DNA from: an uncultured virus (IMG/VR IMGVR_UViG_3300024269_000036)
Lineage: Duplodnaviria; Heunggongvirae; Uroviricota; Caudoviricetes
IMG/VR virus record: IMGVR_UViG_3300024269_000036
Span: 62,001 to 121,743 of that record
DNA: 59,743 bases
Reading direction: 5' to 3' (one strand)
Shown here: piece after piece, positions 8,948-17,850 of the stretch
Layout of the letters: each line of letters begins with the position of its first letter
How positions within the stretch are numbered: position 1 is the stretch's first letter
Position numbers and translations under genes: made by a program
Notes under the pieces: model-generated
What the model was told of the DNA's origin: nothing
What the model saw: the letters and a program-made list of their open reading frames with translations, nothing else
Database searches by the model: none

Positions 8948-10850
8948 ATTTAGTTCTTGCAAATAACCACATGTAATTACCACCAACATTACTTGAAGCC
9001 TTTTGAACTGTTTGTGTGCCATAAAAAGGCATATTAGGCTTCGGCGCAATGTTAATTGTTGTGCTGCTGTTATAGCCTCTTCCATAGGTATTATTTAATT
9101 GTGCTGATGATGTCCACGCTTTTAATATTGCAGCATCCTGTTTCTTGACAGTTTCAAGTTTTTCAAATGAGAATTTCATTACAAACAATCCCATAGCAAG
9201 ACAAGTGAGTGTATCATCATGAGCGCCATCCATATGGTCAATTCTACCTTGGTCTCCTTTATATATCCAAGTCTCCAATTCACTAATAACACGTTTTGAG
9301 CGTATTTTAAACGCATTCGTCTTAACCATATAAGCAAAGTTTGTCAACATTTGGAAACGCACTGAAGAACTATGGAATCCCGGGAGTTTTCCGTCAGGAG
9401 TTAAGTTCAAACTTGAAGCATCCCTAGCCATGGTATATGTTTTAAGCGTTGGGTCATCGTAATAAAGATTTTTATAGCCTAACCTCATAAGCGTCAATAT
9501 ACAAGCATCACCAACGCCACCGATACAATCAACAACAACAAATGCATCACCGTACATCTTACCATATCTATAGGCAATTTCGCCAAGGTCATCACCTGTC
9601 ACTTTACCATGATATTCCAATACCTGTTCCAATATAGGCTGCCCTGTTTCATCATCAATTCCATCCATATCAATCATTTCCAATGCACTTCTATCGGCAG
9701 CATCTCCACGGGAAGCGTCTATACACATTATATAACGGTGCCCCATAATAGGTGGTTTCCAAATCCAAGTATCTTCAATCAACGGGTCTTTATATTCTTG
9801 ATTAGGTTCTTGAACATTGAGATTCAATTGCATTTCAATATACTGCGGGTCAACTACGTTGTTCGCCGAACCAAGAAAGGACACATCCAACTCCTGAGCA
9901 ATTTTCTGTTCATCAAAATTGAACTGTTGGCACATTTTAATATACCAAGGACTCCTTGCTTTCCACCCCTGTTTCTCAAGTTCAGCCCAACGTTCGGGGT
10001 CATATTTTACATTACCCTTTTCGTCGATTGTTTGCTCTTTAATATATTCATTTTCATTAGTTTCCTCATTCCTACGATACCATTCAAGGTTTTTATTATA
10101 ACGAGGGTCTTGGAACCATTTCATCTCCACAAGGTCAAAACCATTCCAATCACTGGTACCTTTCTTTTTAGCCCCCTCACATGTTTTATAATAGAGTTGG
10201 TCTTTACCGTTTGGTGTTGAAATCATAATAATATGACCACCGGTAGAGACAGTTGGGAGGGCTGATGCGTATACATCAGCGCCATTTTCGATAAATGAGG
10301 CTTCATCGAAGATAAGGAACGAAACACCACCGACTCCTCGGGAAGCATCAGGCCCTGATGAACGAGCCACAACGCGGCACCCATTTTTGAGGACTAATTC
10401 TTTACCATTGCAAACATTAAAAATAACGTTTTTATTTGGGGGTGGTTTCATAATATCATAGCCTAAATCCATGAATTCTTCACCCCACATCCATAATGGA
10501 AATTGCAGAAGAAAATCCCTGATTTTAAAAAGCATTTGCTGAGCGAGGTCCAATGTATTTCCAATAGCAAGGACGGTTTGGGGCATTTCTTTATCAGCAA
10601 GGCACATCTCACAAGCAATAAACGCGCCTGAGGTGGTTGTAATGCCGGCTTGTCTCGGCTTTGTCGTAACAACATTGTTTCCCCCACCTAATGTACGGCA
10701 CAAGTCTTGTTGTCGTGGAAAAAGGGTAAAAGGAACCTCTTTCTTTTGGGTTGCATCATATGTTTTAAGAAAATTTTGTATCATGTAGATACGACTCTTA
10801 TCTTTATAACATTTAGCATACTCTAACATTAAGTTACTAAAATCAATCAT
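8946..10850 (-). CDS. terL: Terminase large subunit (T4 gp17-like ATPase + RNase H-like nuclease)
   Basis: PFTLFPRQ, KPRQAGITT (Walker A variant), LIFDEA (Walker B), ISTPNG, QELDVSFLGS, CIDASRGDAADRS, HDDTLTCLA; start moved to ATG 10850. Confidence 0.93.
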   Translation of the reverse strand: MIDFSNLMLEYAKCYKDKSRIYMIQNFLKTYDATQKKEVPFTLFPRQQDLCRTLGGGNNVVTTKPRQAGITTTSGAFIACEMCLADKEMPQTVLAIGNTLDLAQQMLFKIRDFLLQFPLWMWGEEFMDLGYDIMKPPPNKNVIFNVCNGKELVLKNGCRVVARSSGPDASRGVGGVSFLIFDEASFIENGADVYASALPTVSTGGHIIMISTPNGKDQLYYKTCEGAKKKGTSDWNGFDLVEMKWFQDPRYNKNLEWYRRNEETNENEYIKEQTIDEKGNVKYDPERWAELEKQGWKARSPWYIKMCQQFNFDEQKIAQELDVSFLGSANNVVDPQYIEMQLNLNVQEPNQEYKDPLIEDTWIWKPPIMGHRYIMCIDASRGDAADRSALEMIDMDGIDDETGQPILEQVLEYHGKVTGDDLGEIAYRYGKMYGDAFVVVDCIGGVGDACILTLMRLGYKNLYYDDPTLKTYTMARDASSLNLTPDGKLPGFHSSSVRFQMLTNFAYMVKTNAFKIRSKRVISELETWIYKGDQGRIDHMDGAHDDTLTCLAMGLFVMKFSFEKLETVKKQDAAILKAWTSSAQLNNTYGRGYNSSTTINIAPKPNMPFYGTQTVQKASSNVGGNYMWLFARTK

Positions 10851-10865
10851 AATTGTAAAAATTAT

Positions 10866-10873
10866 TATAAATA
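10866..10873 (-). promoter_or_regulatory. Putative late promoter motif TATTTATA upstream of terL
   Basis: TATAAATA on + strand, 15 bp from ATG 10850. Confidence 0.55.
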
Positions 10874-10930
10874 TATTGGTTTTTCCAAAAATTTTCAATA
10901 TCTCTTATACAAGAAAATTATAGTTGTATA

Positions 10931-11008
10931 CTGACAAGAAAAACTGTTGAAGAATTTATAAAAGATGCACGTAAAATTCATGGTCATAAATATGAAAAAA
11001 CCCTGTGA
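10931..11008 (+). pseudogene. Fragment of a homing-endonuclease-associated repeat (T-x-EEFI-x-x-A-x-x-IHG-x-KY)
   Basis: Translates LTRKTVEEFIKDARKIHGHKYEKTL*; no ATG; truncated at a hairpin. Confidence 0.55.
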
Positions 11009-11025
11009 TTAATCACAGGGTTTTT
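10996..11025. terminator. Bidirectional terminator
   Basis: AAAAACCCTGTGAT-TA-ATCACAGGGTTTTT palindrome. Confidence 0.8.
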
Positions 11026-11031
11026 ATGTTT

Positions 11032-11454
11032 TTAAATTGTTTTCACTCTAAATACCTCCACGTATTTTGCAGTCGGATGTGTCCCCACATATTCTGCAGT
11101 TGGCTGTTGGCCACTGTCTTGGAGGAAAATATTAAGTTCTTCTACCATTTCCTCAGCAGGGATTCCGTTATGTGCTCCCCATGTACCTGTTGCCCTTCTA
11201 ACACCATAGTAGGTATAACCGTTATTGCTTTGTTTTACAGCAGCAACTTTCCATCCATCACCTTCAAACACGTCTTCAATTGATTGTGGCTTACCTTCTT
11301 TAAGGCCGTAACCTCGCTCGAAATCATCAGCCCTATCGTTAAGCCATTCTCCGGCTTTATCAAGAACCCCCTCTTTTACAAGAATTCTTTTTACGCAATT
11401 TTCAACAATATATTTTAAATCAGATTCTGTCAATTTTTTTACATTTTGTCCCAT
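11032..11454 (-). CDS. Putative late/virion-internal protein with LTESDLxxIV leader
   Basis: MGQNVKKLTESDLKYIVENCVKRILVKEG; ACTATTTATA upstream. Confidence 0.7.
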   Translation of the reverse strand: MGQNVKKLTESDLKYIVENCVKRILVKEGVLDKAGEWLNDRADDFERGYGLKEGKPQSIEDVFEGDGWKVAAVKQSNNGYTYYGVRRATGTWGAHNGIPAEEMVEELNIFLQDSGQQPTAEYVGTHPTAKYVEVFRVKTI

Positions 11455-11477
11455 TGTATATGCAATTTAATCTATTC

Positions 11478-11487
11478 TATAAATAGT
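11478..11487 (-). promoter_or_regulatory. Putative late promoter motif ACTATTTATA
   Basis: TATAAATAGT on + strand, 23 bp from ATG 11454. Confidence 0.6.
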
Positions 11488-11513
11488 TTGGTAATAAGAA
11501 AACATTGATTTTA

Positions 11514-11545
11514 TTTGTTTTAATCAAAGTTTTTGTGTATATTTG
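11514..11545 (+). promoter_or_regulatory. Bacteroidota housekeeping-sigma promoter
   Basis: TTTG-N20-TATATTTG. Confidence 0.7.
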
Positions 11546-11576
11546 TAGCGATTTATAAGAGACAAAAATATATGTT

Positions 11577-12197
11577 ATGGCTTATAATAGTAAGATAAGG
11601 CGTGAAGATGAGAAATGCGCTGATATCGTATCCAAGTTCCTTGAAAAACATTTTTATTGCGATGTTGAAAGTTATGAGAGGATTGAAGACCGAGAACGCC
11701 AATTGAAAGGTATTGACGTGATATTCATATGGGGTGGTAAACAATACGTTTGTGATGAAAAAGCTGCAATAAGGTACGTCAATAAAGGGCTTCAAACATT
11801 TGCGTTTGAACTATCATTTTTAGGAAAAGGTGATAAACTAATTGATGGGTGGTTGATTTCTGAAGGAAAATTAAATAATTCATTTCTGTGTATTTGGATA
11901 GATAAAGCCGATTATGACATTCTTGAAGACATTGACGATATTAAAGAAATGGAAATTGCGTTAATTGATAAACAAAAGTTAATCGATTATCTTAAGTCTT
12001 TGGGGTGGGACATCAGGAAACTTCATATCAAGGCTGATAGAATGAGAAAAGATGTCAAGGAACCTCAGGGAGATATTGAAATAAATGGTTGTAGATTTGT
12101 CTGTTCAAGAAAATTGGCTGAGAAACCGGTAAACGTGCTTGTTTCAAGAGAAAAATTAAAGGAAATTGCTGATTATAATAAAATAATATGTGGTTAA
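11577..12197 (+). CDS. Putative PD-(D/E)xK nuclease-fold protein
   Basis: QLKGIDVIF...CDEKAA...TFAFEL. Confidence 0.55.
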   Translation: MAYNSKIRREDEKCADIVSKFLEKHFYCDVESYERIEDRERQLKGIDVIFIWGGKQYVCDEKAAIRYVNKGLQTFAFELSFLGKGDKLIDGWLISEGKLNNSFLCIWIDKADYDILEDIDDIKEMEIALIDKQKLIDYLKSLGWDIRKLHIKADRMRKDVKEPQGDIEINGCRFVCSRKLAEKPVNVLVSREKLKEIADYNKIICG

Positions 12198-12199
12198 TT

Positions 12200-13069
12200 A
12201 TGATTGAAAATTTAATAAATGAGGCATTAGGGGAATTTCCGAAACAATATGCATTGGCGTTGGAAATTGCTGATAAGGCAATTAATATGGTAAAAACACA
12301 TGATAGGAGGGGTGTATTTGATTCATTTTCAGAATCAATATTTAAAAAATTTGAAATTAATATAGAATATTCTGAAGACGATTTTGTTGGTAATATGCTA
12401 ATTGACGTGCGCCCAACAAAAGGTTCATTCAATGGTGCTGATTTTGATAATGTATCAATCAATTATTTTATATCACGTATGGATGTTCTTAAACAAAATT
12501 ATGATGCACTTAGACAAAAATTATATGAGATAGCGGTTCACGAATTGAATCATGGATATGTACTCGTCGCTCAGGCAAAATATAACTTGAATTCAAAAAT
12601 CCCCAATAAACCTTTGGTTAACGACCTTCCTGAATGGTATGAGCCTCTTACGAAGTTTATTGCTGAATATAATTGTGATAATGATATCAGTATGAGATTT
12701 GCACGAGCTTTATATGCATGTCATGAAAAGGAAATGAAAGCAATAATTTCCGAAACAACCCCACATATTGAACGGGAATTGGGGGACCGCAAAGATTATA
12801 CAAGAAATGATTTTATTAGAGTTTTAAAAAATTGTGAACCATATAAACGTTATTATGATGCTTTTTATGAAGTTCTTCCCGAGGCCCGAAAGCACAAGAA
12901 GGAAATAAAAAACAAATTTGAAAAATGGGGGATTGAATTTGGTGAATGGATGTTTGATTTTATTGGGCGAAAATCGGTAGTAGCATTAAAATATGTGGAA
13001 AAAAATGCAATGTTATATTTTCATCGATTCATAAAATGTGGGAATACAGATTGGTTTAAAAAACATTAG
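12200..13069 (+). CDS. Zincin-like HExxH protein, paralog family member 1
   Basis: MIENLINEALG leader; VHELNHGY; YACHEKEMKA. Confidence 0.7.
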   Translation: MIENLINEALGEFPKQYALALEIADKAINMVKTHDRRGVFDSFSESIFKKFEINIEYSEDDFVGNMLIDVRPTKGSFNGADFDNVSINYFISRMDVLKQNYDALRQKLYEIAVHELNHGYVLVAQAKYNLNSKIPNKPLVNDLPEWYEPLTKFIAEYNCDNDISMRFARALYACHEKEMKAIISETTPHIERELGDRKDYTRNDFIRVLKNCEPYKRYYDAFYEVLPEARKHKKEIKNKFEKWGIEFGEWMFDFIGRKSVVALKYVEKNAMLYFHRFIKCGNTDWFKKH

Positions 13070-13086
13070 AAATAATGTTATGGTTT

Positions 13087-13101
13087 TGGCATGATTTTTG
13101 T
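13087..13101 (+). promoter_or_regulatory. Sigma54-like -24/-12 motif
   Basis: TGGCATG-ATTT-TTGT, 44 bp upstream of ATG 13131. Confidence 0.65.
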
Positions 13102-13130
13102 AATATAAGAAAACTATAAAAATTAAGATA

Positions 13131-13469
13131 ATGGAGACTGCAGAAATTTTAAGTGACATTCATGCAATGTATCAAGAGTATAACGAATTAGAAAAACGTA
13201 TGTATAGCAAAATGCACGAATATTGTGATGTGCTTAATAAACGATATGAAAACCAAATGGGCGAAAAAATCGAGACTGTGATAACTGAATATGACCTTGG
13301 TTTTACTTTTTTCGGAGGGTTTAAGGTAGAATATAATGGAAGGAGGGTAATCACTCCTATATTGTATTATCCAACAACGAAAAATAAACAATCCAAGAGA
13401 AAAGCAATTACAGTGCCATCACAGACCAAACAAGTTATTGAAGAACTTGAAAAGAAGAGATTAGTATAA
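13131..13469 (+). CDS. Hypothetical protein
   Basis: 112 aa ORF behind promoter motif. Confidence 0.7.
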   Translation: METAEILSDIHAMYQEYNELEKRMYSKMHEYCDVLNKRYENQMGEKIETVITEYDLGFTFFGGFKVEYNGRRVITPILYYPTTKNKQSKRKAITVPSQTKQVIEELEKKRLV

Positions 13470-13488
13470 TTTAAGATAAAATGATGTT

Positions 13489-13836
13489 ATGATTAAACTT
13501 AGATTTGTAAAATTGGGAACTAAATGGTTTGTAGACCTTCCATTGTATGAGGGTGACGTAAATGATATGCAAATGGTTTTTGGTGCCGATACAATGTTGG
13601 AACTGTACTCCGAGGGAAGAAGAGAATACGAAATTGGTCTTAGAACCGATGAGAGTGATTGTATAAGTGAAGCAAATGCAGGAGAATCTGCAGAACTTAT
13701 TAAACTTCGTGAGGACGCTGATGGCGCAACATATTTTGTCAAGAGTAGACTATATAGGGATGAACTATGGCTTTGCCCGGTAACAAAGTATGTTTTCGGT
13801 GAATACCCTGATACAATTAAACTTTCAATATATTGA
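13489..13836 (+). CDS. DUF6717-like protein
   Basis: WFVDLP...MVFGADTML...WLCPVTKYVFGEYPDTI. Confidence 0.65.
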   Translation: MIKLRFVKLGTKWFVDLPLYEGDVNDMQMVFGADTMLELYSEGRREYEIGLRTDESDCISEANAGESAELIKLREDADGATYFVKSRLYRDELWLCPVTKYVFGEYPDTIKLSIY

Positions 13837-13904
13837 TGATATGGCTTCAGGAGAATATGGTTGAAGTATATCCGAAAACGGAATACGAAGAAATATAGAA
13901 AAAT

Positions 13905-13935
13905 TTTGTTTTTTAATTTTTGTTCACTATATTTG
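13905..13935 (+). promoter_or_regulatory. Bacteroidota housekeeping-sigma promoter
   Basis: TTTG-N19-TATATTTG. Confidence 0.7.
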
Positions 13936-13988
13936 CATTGTTCATATTTTATGAACATAAATAATATTTGAGCATAAAGTTTATGACT

Positions 13989-14654
13989 ATGGCGAAAAAG
14001 AAAGATAAATTTAAGATTGAGATTAGGGATAATATGTACTATGAAAACCTGATATGGATGTCTTACAGATATTGTATTGGTCGAAAAAGTATTGCAGCGC
14101 ACTCTCACGCTGGAGATATTGCAAGTAATTCATATGGTCACTTTTCGGAAGATAGGGAACGTTTTATGGCACATGATATACGTCGGGAAATCAATTCTAT
14201 AATGAATTTTTCAAGACATGCGCAGGTTCATGATTATCGTGACCATATTCCTCAGGACGCAATGACAACAATTCTTTATCGCATTAAGGAAAAATACGGG
14301 GATAATCCCCCTGAGTGGGTTTTTACTGATATTCGTTTTGAAGTCGAGGGAAAAGAAGTCCATATTGACAAATATGATGGGGAAGAAGAAAAATATTATA
14401 ATCTCAAGAGTGAATATGAAGACCTTATACCTTGGATTAAGTTGGCTAACCTTATGGACAGGTCCTGTCATAGAACGGTGGTTGTGGAATATGAGGGAAA
14501 AACAGAAGAATATGAATGCATTCCTTTTCCTCATGTAATGAAGGATGAAAATGGTTATCACGTTCATGAGCGTTGGTGTGATATTAAGTCATATAGAGGA
14601 AATCCAATTATATGCTCATATATTAACCCTGAATACATTAAAGATATAAGATAA
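13989..14654 (+). CDS. Hypothetical phage protein
   Basis: LIWMSYRYCIGRKS motif; start 13983 or 13989. Confidence 0.7.
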   Translation: MAKKKDKFKIEIRDNMYYENLIWMSYRYCIGRKSIAAHSHAGDIASNSYGHFSEDRERFMAHDIRREINSIMNFSRHAQVHDYRDHIPQDAMTTILYRIKEKYGDNPPEWVFTDIRFEVEGKEVHIDKYDGEEEKYYNLKSEYEDLIPWIKLANLMDRSCHRTVVVEYEGKTEEYECIPFPHVMKDENGYHVHERWCDIKSYRGNPIICSYINPEYIKDIR

Positions 14655-15175
14655 TGCGAAATTTTAATATAACTAAAGAAAGTTTGTTTGCTGAATTTTT
14701 GATGTCTGAAATGGGTATCCATGATTATAGTGAAGCCATAAATTTATGCATTGAAATGGGAATGATTAATATCCCGACTAATGAGGAAATTGCTTGTATT
14801 TTCATTCGAGAACGCAATAATGAACTTTGCAAGAAATATATTGACAAATGGGATGTTGAATCGTCATTTAGAACATATGTAATTTCTAGATTTTCGGAAT
14901 TATCTTTTGATGTTGCATTCCAAAGGACGGTGGGGTCTTTGACTAAAGAAGAATATCTTGAAAAAGACTGGTGGACTTTATGTAGAGAGTACCTTGATTC
15001 TAATGTTTTAACATCAAACGAAGCTAATAAGCTGGACAGAGCAATAAGATTAGTTAATAGAGATGGTCATTATTATACATCATATATGACCTTAAAGGTA
15101 AGGAATCTATTAAAGAAAATGGGGTATCATATTACAACTACTTTAGTTGGAGAGTATAAAGTAACATTAAAATGA
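14654..15175 (+). CDS. Hypothetical protein
   Basis: TAATG stop/start coupling. Confidence 0.65.
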   Translation: MRNFNITKESLFAEFLMSEMGIHDYSEAINLCIEMGMINIPTNEEIACIFIRERNNELCKKYIDKWDVESSFRTYVISRFSELSFDVAFQRTVGSLTKEEYLEKDWWTLCREYLDSNVLTSNEANKLDRAIRLVNRDGHYYTSYMTLKVRNLLKKMGYHITTTLVGEYKVTLK

Positions 15176-15381
15176 TTGGAGTTATTGAAAAAACAGACAG
15201 TTTTGGGCAACGAACAAAATTCGACATTTGTGGATGTGATTATGATAGTCTAATATTCCAAGAAACAGAACTTAATAGTCATGCTCGTCATTATGGAACA
15301 GGAAATAGTTTTAGGCTAATTGAGTGGATTGAATTTGGCATAAGACATTGTGCTTATAGTGGTGTAATTTTAACAACATAG
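15172..15381 (+). CDS. Hypothetical protein
   Basis: ATGA overlap with previous gene. Confidence 0.5.
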   Translation: MIGVIEKTDSFGQRTKFDICGCDYDSLIFQETELNSHARHYGTGNSFRLIEWIEFGIRHCAYSGVILTT

Positions 15382-15383
15382 AT

Positions 15384-15563
15384 GTGGATTGGTTTAGATT
15401 AGGAATATCGTTTATAGCGGTTATATTGATTTTGCTCATTGGTTGGGCATTTGGCATCCTTATTGTATTTCTTGCGGAAATAAGTATATGGTTTATGGTA
15501 GGATTGGGCTTTTTATGCCTTTGGATATTTGTGTATCGAAATTTTAAATTTGATAAGGAATAA
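15384..15563 (+). CDS. Small two-helix membrane protein (not in ORF track)
   Basis: GTG start; MDWFRLGISFIAVILILLIGWAFGILIVFLAEISIWFMVGLGFLCLWIFVYRNFKFDKE, ends just before a hairpin. Confidence 0.6.
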   Translation: MDWFRLGISFIAVILILLIGWAFGILIVFLAEISIWFMVGLGFLCLWIFVYRNFKFDKE

Positions 15564-15590
15564 GAAAGGGTGGTAAACTACCACCCTCTC
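15564..15590 (+). terminator. Hairpin, probable terminator
   Basis: GAAAGGGTGGTA-AAC-TACCACCCTCTC. Confidence 0.6.
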
Positions 15591-15647
15591 GACATACATT
15601 TTTACTTACTTATATACACACATTTACACAAAATAATACATATAAAT

Positions 15648-16145
15648 ATGTTTGAGAATATTAAAAAATGGTTCGAGAGAAGTGAAGAAGATGAAAATGA
15701 AATTCTAAAAAATTTATCTGACGTTTATCAGGACCGTATTTTGTTTTGTAAGAAATGGGAGGAAGCCCTAAATGAGGTAATTGACTCCAATAGGAGTGAA
15801 GATGGATATACTTACATCTACCTTCCAATACGAGATGCTTACATAAGGGCCGAGAAAGCCAATATATATGCAACCCCAAGTGTATCAGGTGGGATAATTA
15901 AATCTTTAATGATTAAAGGGGAGATATATGGCTTTAGTTTCCTTACAAATAGGGACGTTTTGACTTATGTTTTACATGACAGAAGAATCATTGATGTGCA
16001 CACTGAAATTGTAATCATTGAGCCTGCAGAATTTTATGAGGCTTTTGAAAGTGTAAAAACACAGATTATTAATAGCGATATGAAGTCAATGTCGTCTGAA
16101 ATGTTTAATGCTATTAGCAAATATCCTGAATTATTTACAAATTAA
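15648..16145 (+). CDS. Hypothetical protein
   Basis: Start moved to ATG 15648. Confidence 0.65.
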   Translation: MFENIKKWFERSEEDENEILKNLSDVYQDRILFCKKWEEALNEVIDSNRSEDGYTYIYLPIRDAYIRAEKANIYATPSVSGGIIKSLMIKGEIYGFSFLTNRDVLTYVLHDRRIIDVHTEIVIIEPAEFYEAFESVKTQIINSDMKSMSSEMFNAISKYPELFTN

Positions 16146-16156
16146 AAGATAAAAAA

Positions 16157-16690
16157 ATGAAAAAAATTATTGGTATTTCAGTTGCGGTGATTATTCTTAT
16201 TGGTGCCGTAACAACTTTGGGAATGTATTTTAGTTACAACAATCAGGATGCTCGTCTTCGCGCACAGGCAGAGGCTCAGCGTGGAAAGGTTGAGGGTGTT
16301 CATGATAAGATGTGGAAGGTTCTTCAGCAGAAAGCACAGGTTTCTAATGAATATAAGGATGCGTTCGCTGAAATTTATCCGGCCCTTATCGAAGGAAGGT
16401 ATTCACAGGGAGATGGGAGCCTTATGAAATGGATTCAGGAAGCAAATCCGAACTTTGACACAAGTCTTTATAAGGACCTCATGCAGAGCATTGAAATTCA
16501 GAGAACTGAATTTGCTAAGGTACAGGAGAAGATGTTGGATATAATTCGCGAACATAATGTTCTGCTTACCACAGTTCCGAGCAAGTGGTTCATCTCCAAC
16601 AAGGATGTGATTGAATACACGGTAATCAGTTCAACGCGAAGCAAGGTTGTAATGGAAACAGGCCTTGATGACGATGTGAACCTTTTTTAA
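16157..16690 (+). CDS. Membrane-anchored helical protein, LemA-like
   Basis: N-terminal TM, YFSYNN, helical body, REHNVLLTTVPSKWF resembling LemA YN...FP. Confidence 0.5.
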   Translation: MKKIIGISVAVIILIGAVTTLGMYFSYNNQDARLRAQAEAQRGKVEGVHDKMWKVLQQKAQVSNEYKDAFAEIYPALIEGRYSQGDGSLMKWIQEANPNFDTSLYKDLMQSIEIQRTEFAKVQEKMLDIIREHNVLLTTVPSKWFISNKDVIEYTVISSTRSKVVMETGLDDDVNLF

Positions 16691-16704
16691 CATTTAATAC
16701 AGTT

Positions 16705-16719
16705 TGGCATGATATTTGT
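16705..16719 (+). promoter_or_regulatory. Sigma54-like -24/-12 motif
   Basis: TGGCATG-ATAT-TTGT, 50 bp upstream of ATG 16755. Confidence 0.65.
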
Positions 16720-16754
16720 GGTAGATTAGGTGGCTAATTTTAAAAGGGAAAAAC

Positions 16755-17249
16755 ATGGAATTTTTTACTACATTTTTATGGCTTTGTGCATTTATTGGTA
16801 TTGTAGTAACATTGTATTACATTTATGAGCGTAGTTCATTGATGATATCTCGTCAATATTATTGCCCATCTAATTTACTGCATGCCCAACTTATTGCGGA
16901 TGGCATACTACTTGGCAAATATATTGCAATTCTGCTGATTTTGGCTGAAATAGGGAGTTTGGCTTTTTATTTAAAAGGTGTTATCAACATTCCAGAAACA
17001 TTTATTTTCGTAGCAAATTCATTGGTATTGCTGTATCTGATTATTAACGCTATATATTTGGGAAAAGGTAGTTATCTGAGGGAAATTTATGAATCATTAA
17101 GAAGTAAATGGGAAACAGGTAAAACTGATGGCGAATTTTACAATGATGAAGTAAATGTTTATCGAACAATTAGGGATTGTAATGATTTCACTATATTTTT
17201 GTGTTGTATTATGATTCAGTTTTTTCTTCTTATTTATGTCATTCTATAA
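16755..17249 (+). CDS. Multi-pass membrane protein
   Basis: About four hydrophobic segments. Confidence 0.7.
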   Translation: MEFFTTFLWLCAFIGIVVTLYYIYERSSLMISRQYYCPSNLLHAQLIADGILLGKYIAILLILAEIGSLAFYLKGVINIPETFIFVANSLVLLYLIINAIYLGKGSYLREIYESLRSKWETGKTDGEFYNDEVNVYRTIRDCNDFTIFLCCIMIQFFLLIYVIL

Positions 17250-17250
17250 A

Positions 17251-17275
17251 AAAAGACCGTCATTGACGGTCTTTT
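17251..17275. terminator. Bidirectional terminator
   Basis: AAAAGACCGTCA-T-TGACGGTCTTTT. Confidence 0.8.
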
Positions 17276-17294
17276 ATGCTTTATTTATTGATGA

Positions 17295-17771
17295 TTAACG
17301 AAGTGTTGCAGTACCTGGGTTTTGTTTTCCACCTACAGCATATGCTGATTTTCTTTGTACAGGAACTCCTTTACCTTTGAAATTAGGGTTTGCAGTTGGT
17401 TCGACAACCTGCCCTTTGCCTACTTTCTGAAGGCCATAAGTCTTCACCATTTTATTATATTTGCTAAGAAGCCTATTTGCCATTGTTGCGTATTCCTTAT
17501 ATTGTCTATAGATTTCTGTTGCCTGTTCCTGAGCAGTATTTTCCATTCCCGGGCCAAAAGGGTTTGCTTGTTTCTGAAGGTCCTCATAATCATGGTGGCG
17601 TTTGAAACCTTCCACTCCCTTATCCAATGTGTCCTGTGCCTTATATCCCTGTTTTGCACCTTGCCATGCTGCTTTCATGTTGTCGAAGAAACCTTCATCA
17701 AGCATAGCCTGTTCAACGCTTTCTTTAATCAAAGCACGGAGTTCATTTTCATTTAATGATATTGTTGCCAT
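17295..17771 (-). CDS. Putative late/virion-internal protein with LNENELxxLIKESV leader
   Basis: MATISLNENELRALIKESVEQAMLDEGFFD; ACTATTTATA upstream. Confidence 0.7.
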   Translation of the reverse strand: MATISLNENELRALIKESVEQAMLDEGFFDNMKAAWQGAKQGYKAQDTLDKGVEGFKRHHDYEDLQKQANPFGPGMENTAQEQATEIYRQYKEYATMANRLLSKYNKMVKTYGLQKVGKGQVVEPTANPNFKGKGVPVQRKSAYAVGGKQNPGTATLR

Positions 17772-17794
17772 AATAAAAATTCAATTTATTTGTA

Positions 17795-17804
17795 TATAAA
17801 TAGT
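17795..17804 (-). promoter_or_regulatory. Putative late promoter motif ACTATTTATA
   Basis: TATAAATAGT on + strand, back-to-back with sigma54-like motif. Confidence 0.6.
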
Positions 17805-17808
17805 CTTT

Positions 17809-17823
17809 TGGCATGGTTTTTGT
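17809..17823 (+). promoter_or_regulatory. Sigma54-like -24/-12 motif
   Basis: TGGCATG-GTTT-TTGT, 42 bp upstream of ATG 17851. Confidence 0.65.
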
Positions 17824-17850
17824 AATATATTTGTATAAATTTTGAAAAAT

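Noticed and set aside
9609..10220. 203-aa + strand ORF and similar antisense ORFs (5866, 8134, 13461, 28136, 40586)
   Set aside because: Fully overlap better-supported genes on the opposite strand and show F/I/S-rich shadow composition
8946..10850. Intein or intron in terL
   Set aside because: Continuous ORF; no intein C/S...HN motifs or intron core seen
10866..10873. T4 late promoter TATAAATA on the + strand
   Set aside because: At all such sites the associated gene reads the motif as TATTTAT, so it is the opposite orientation
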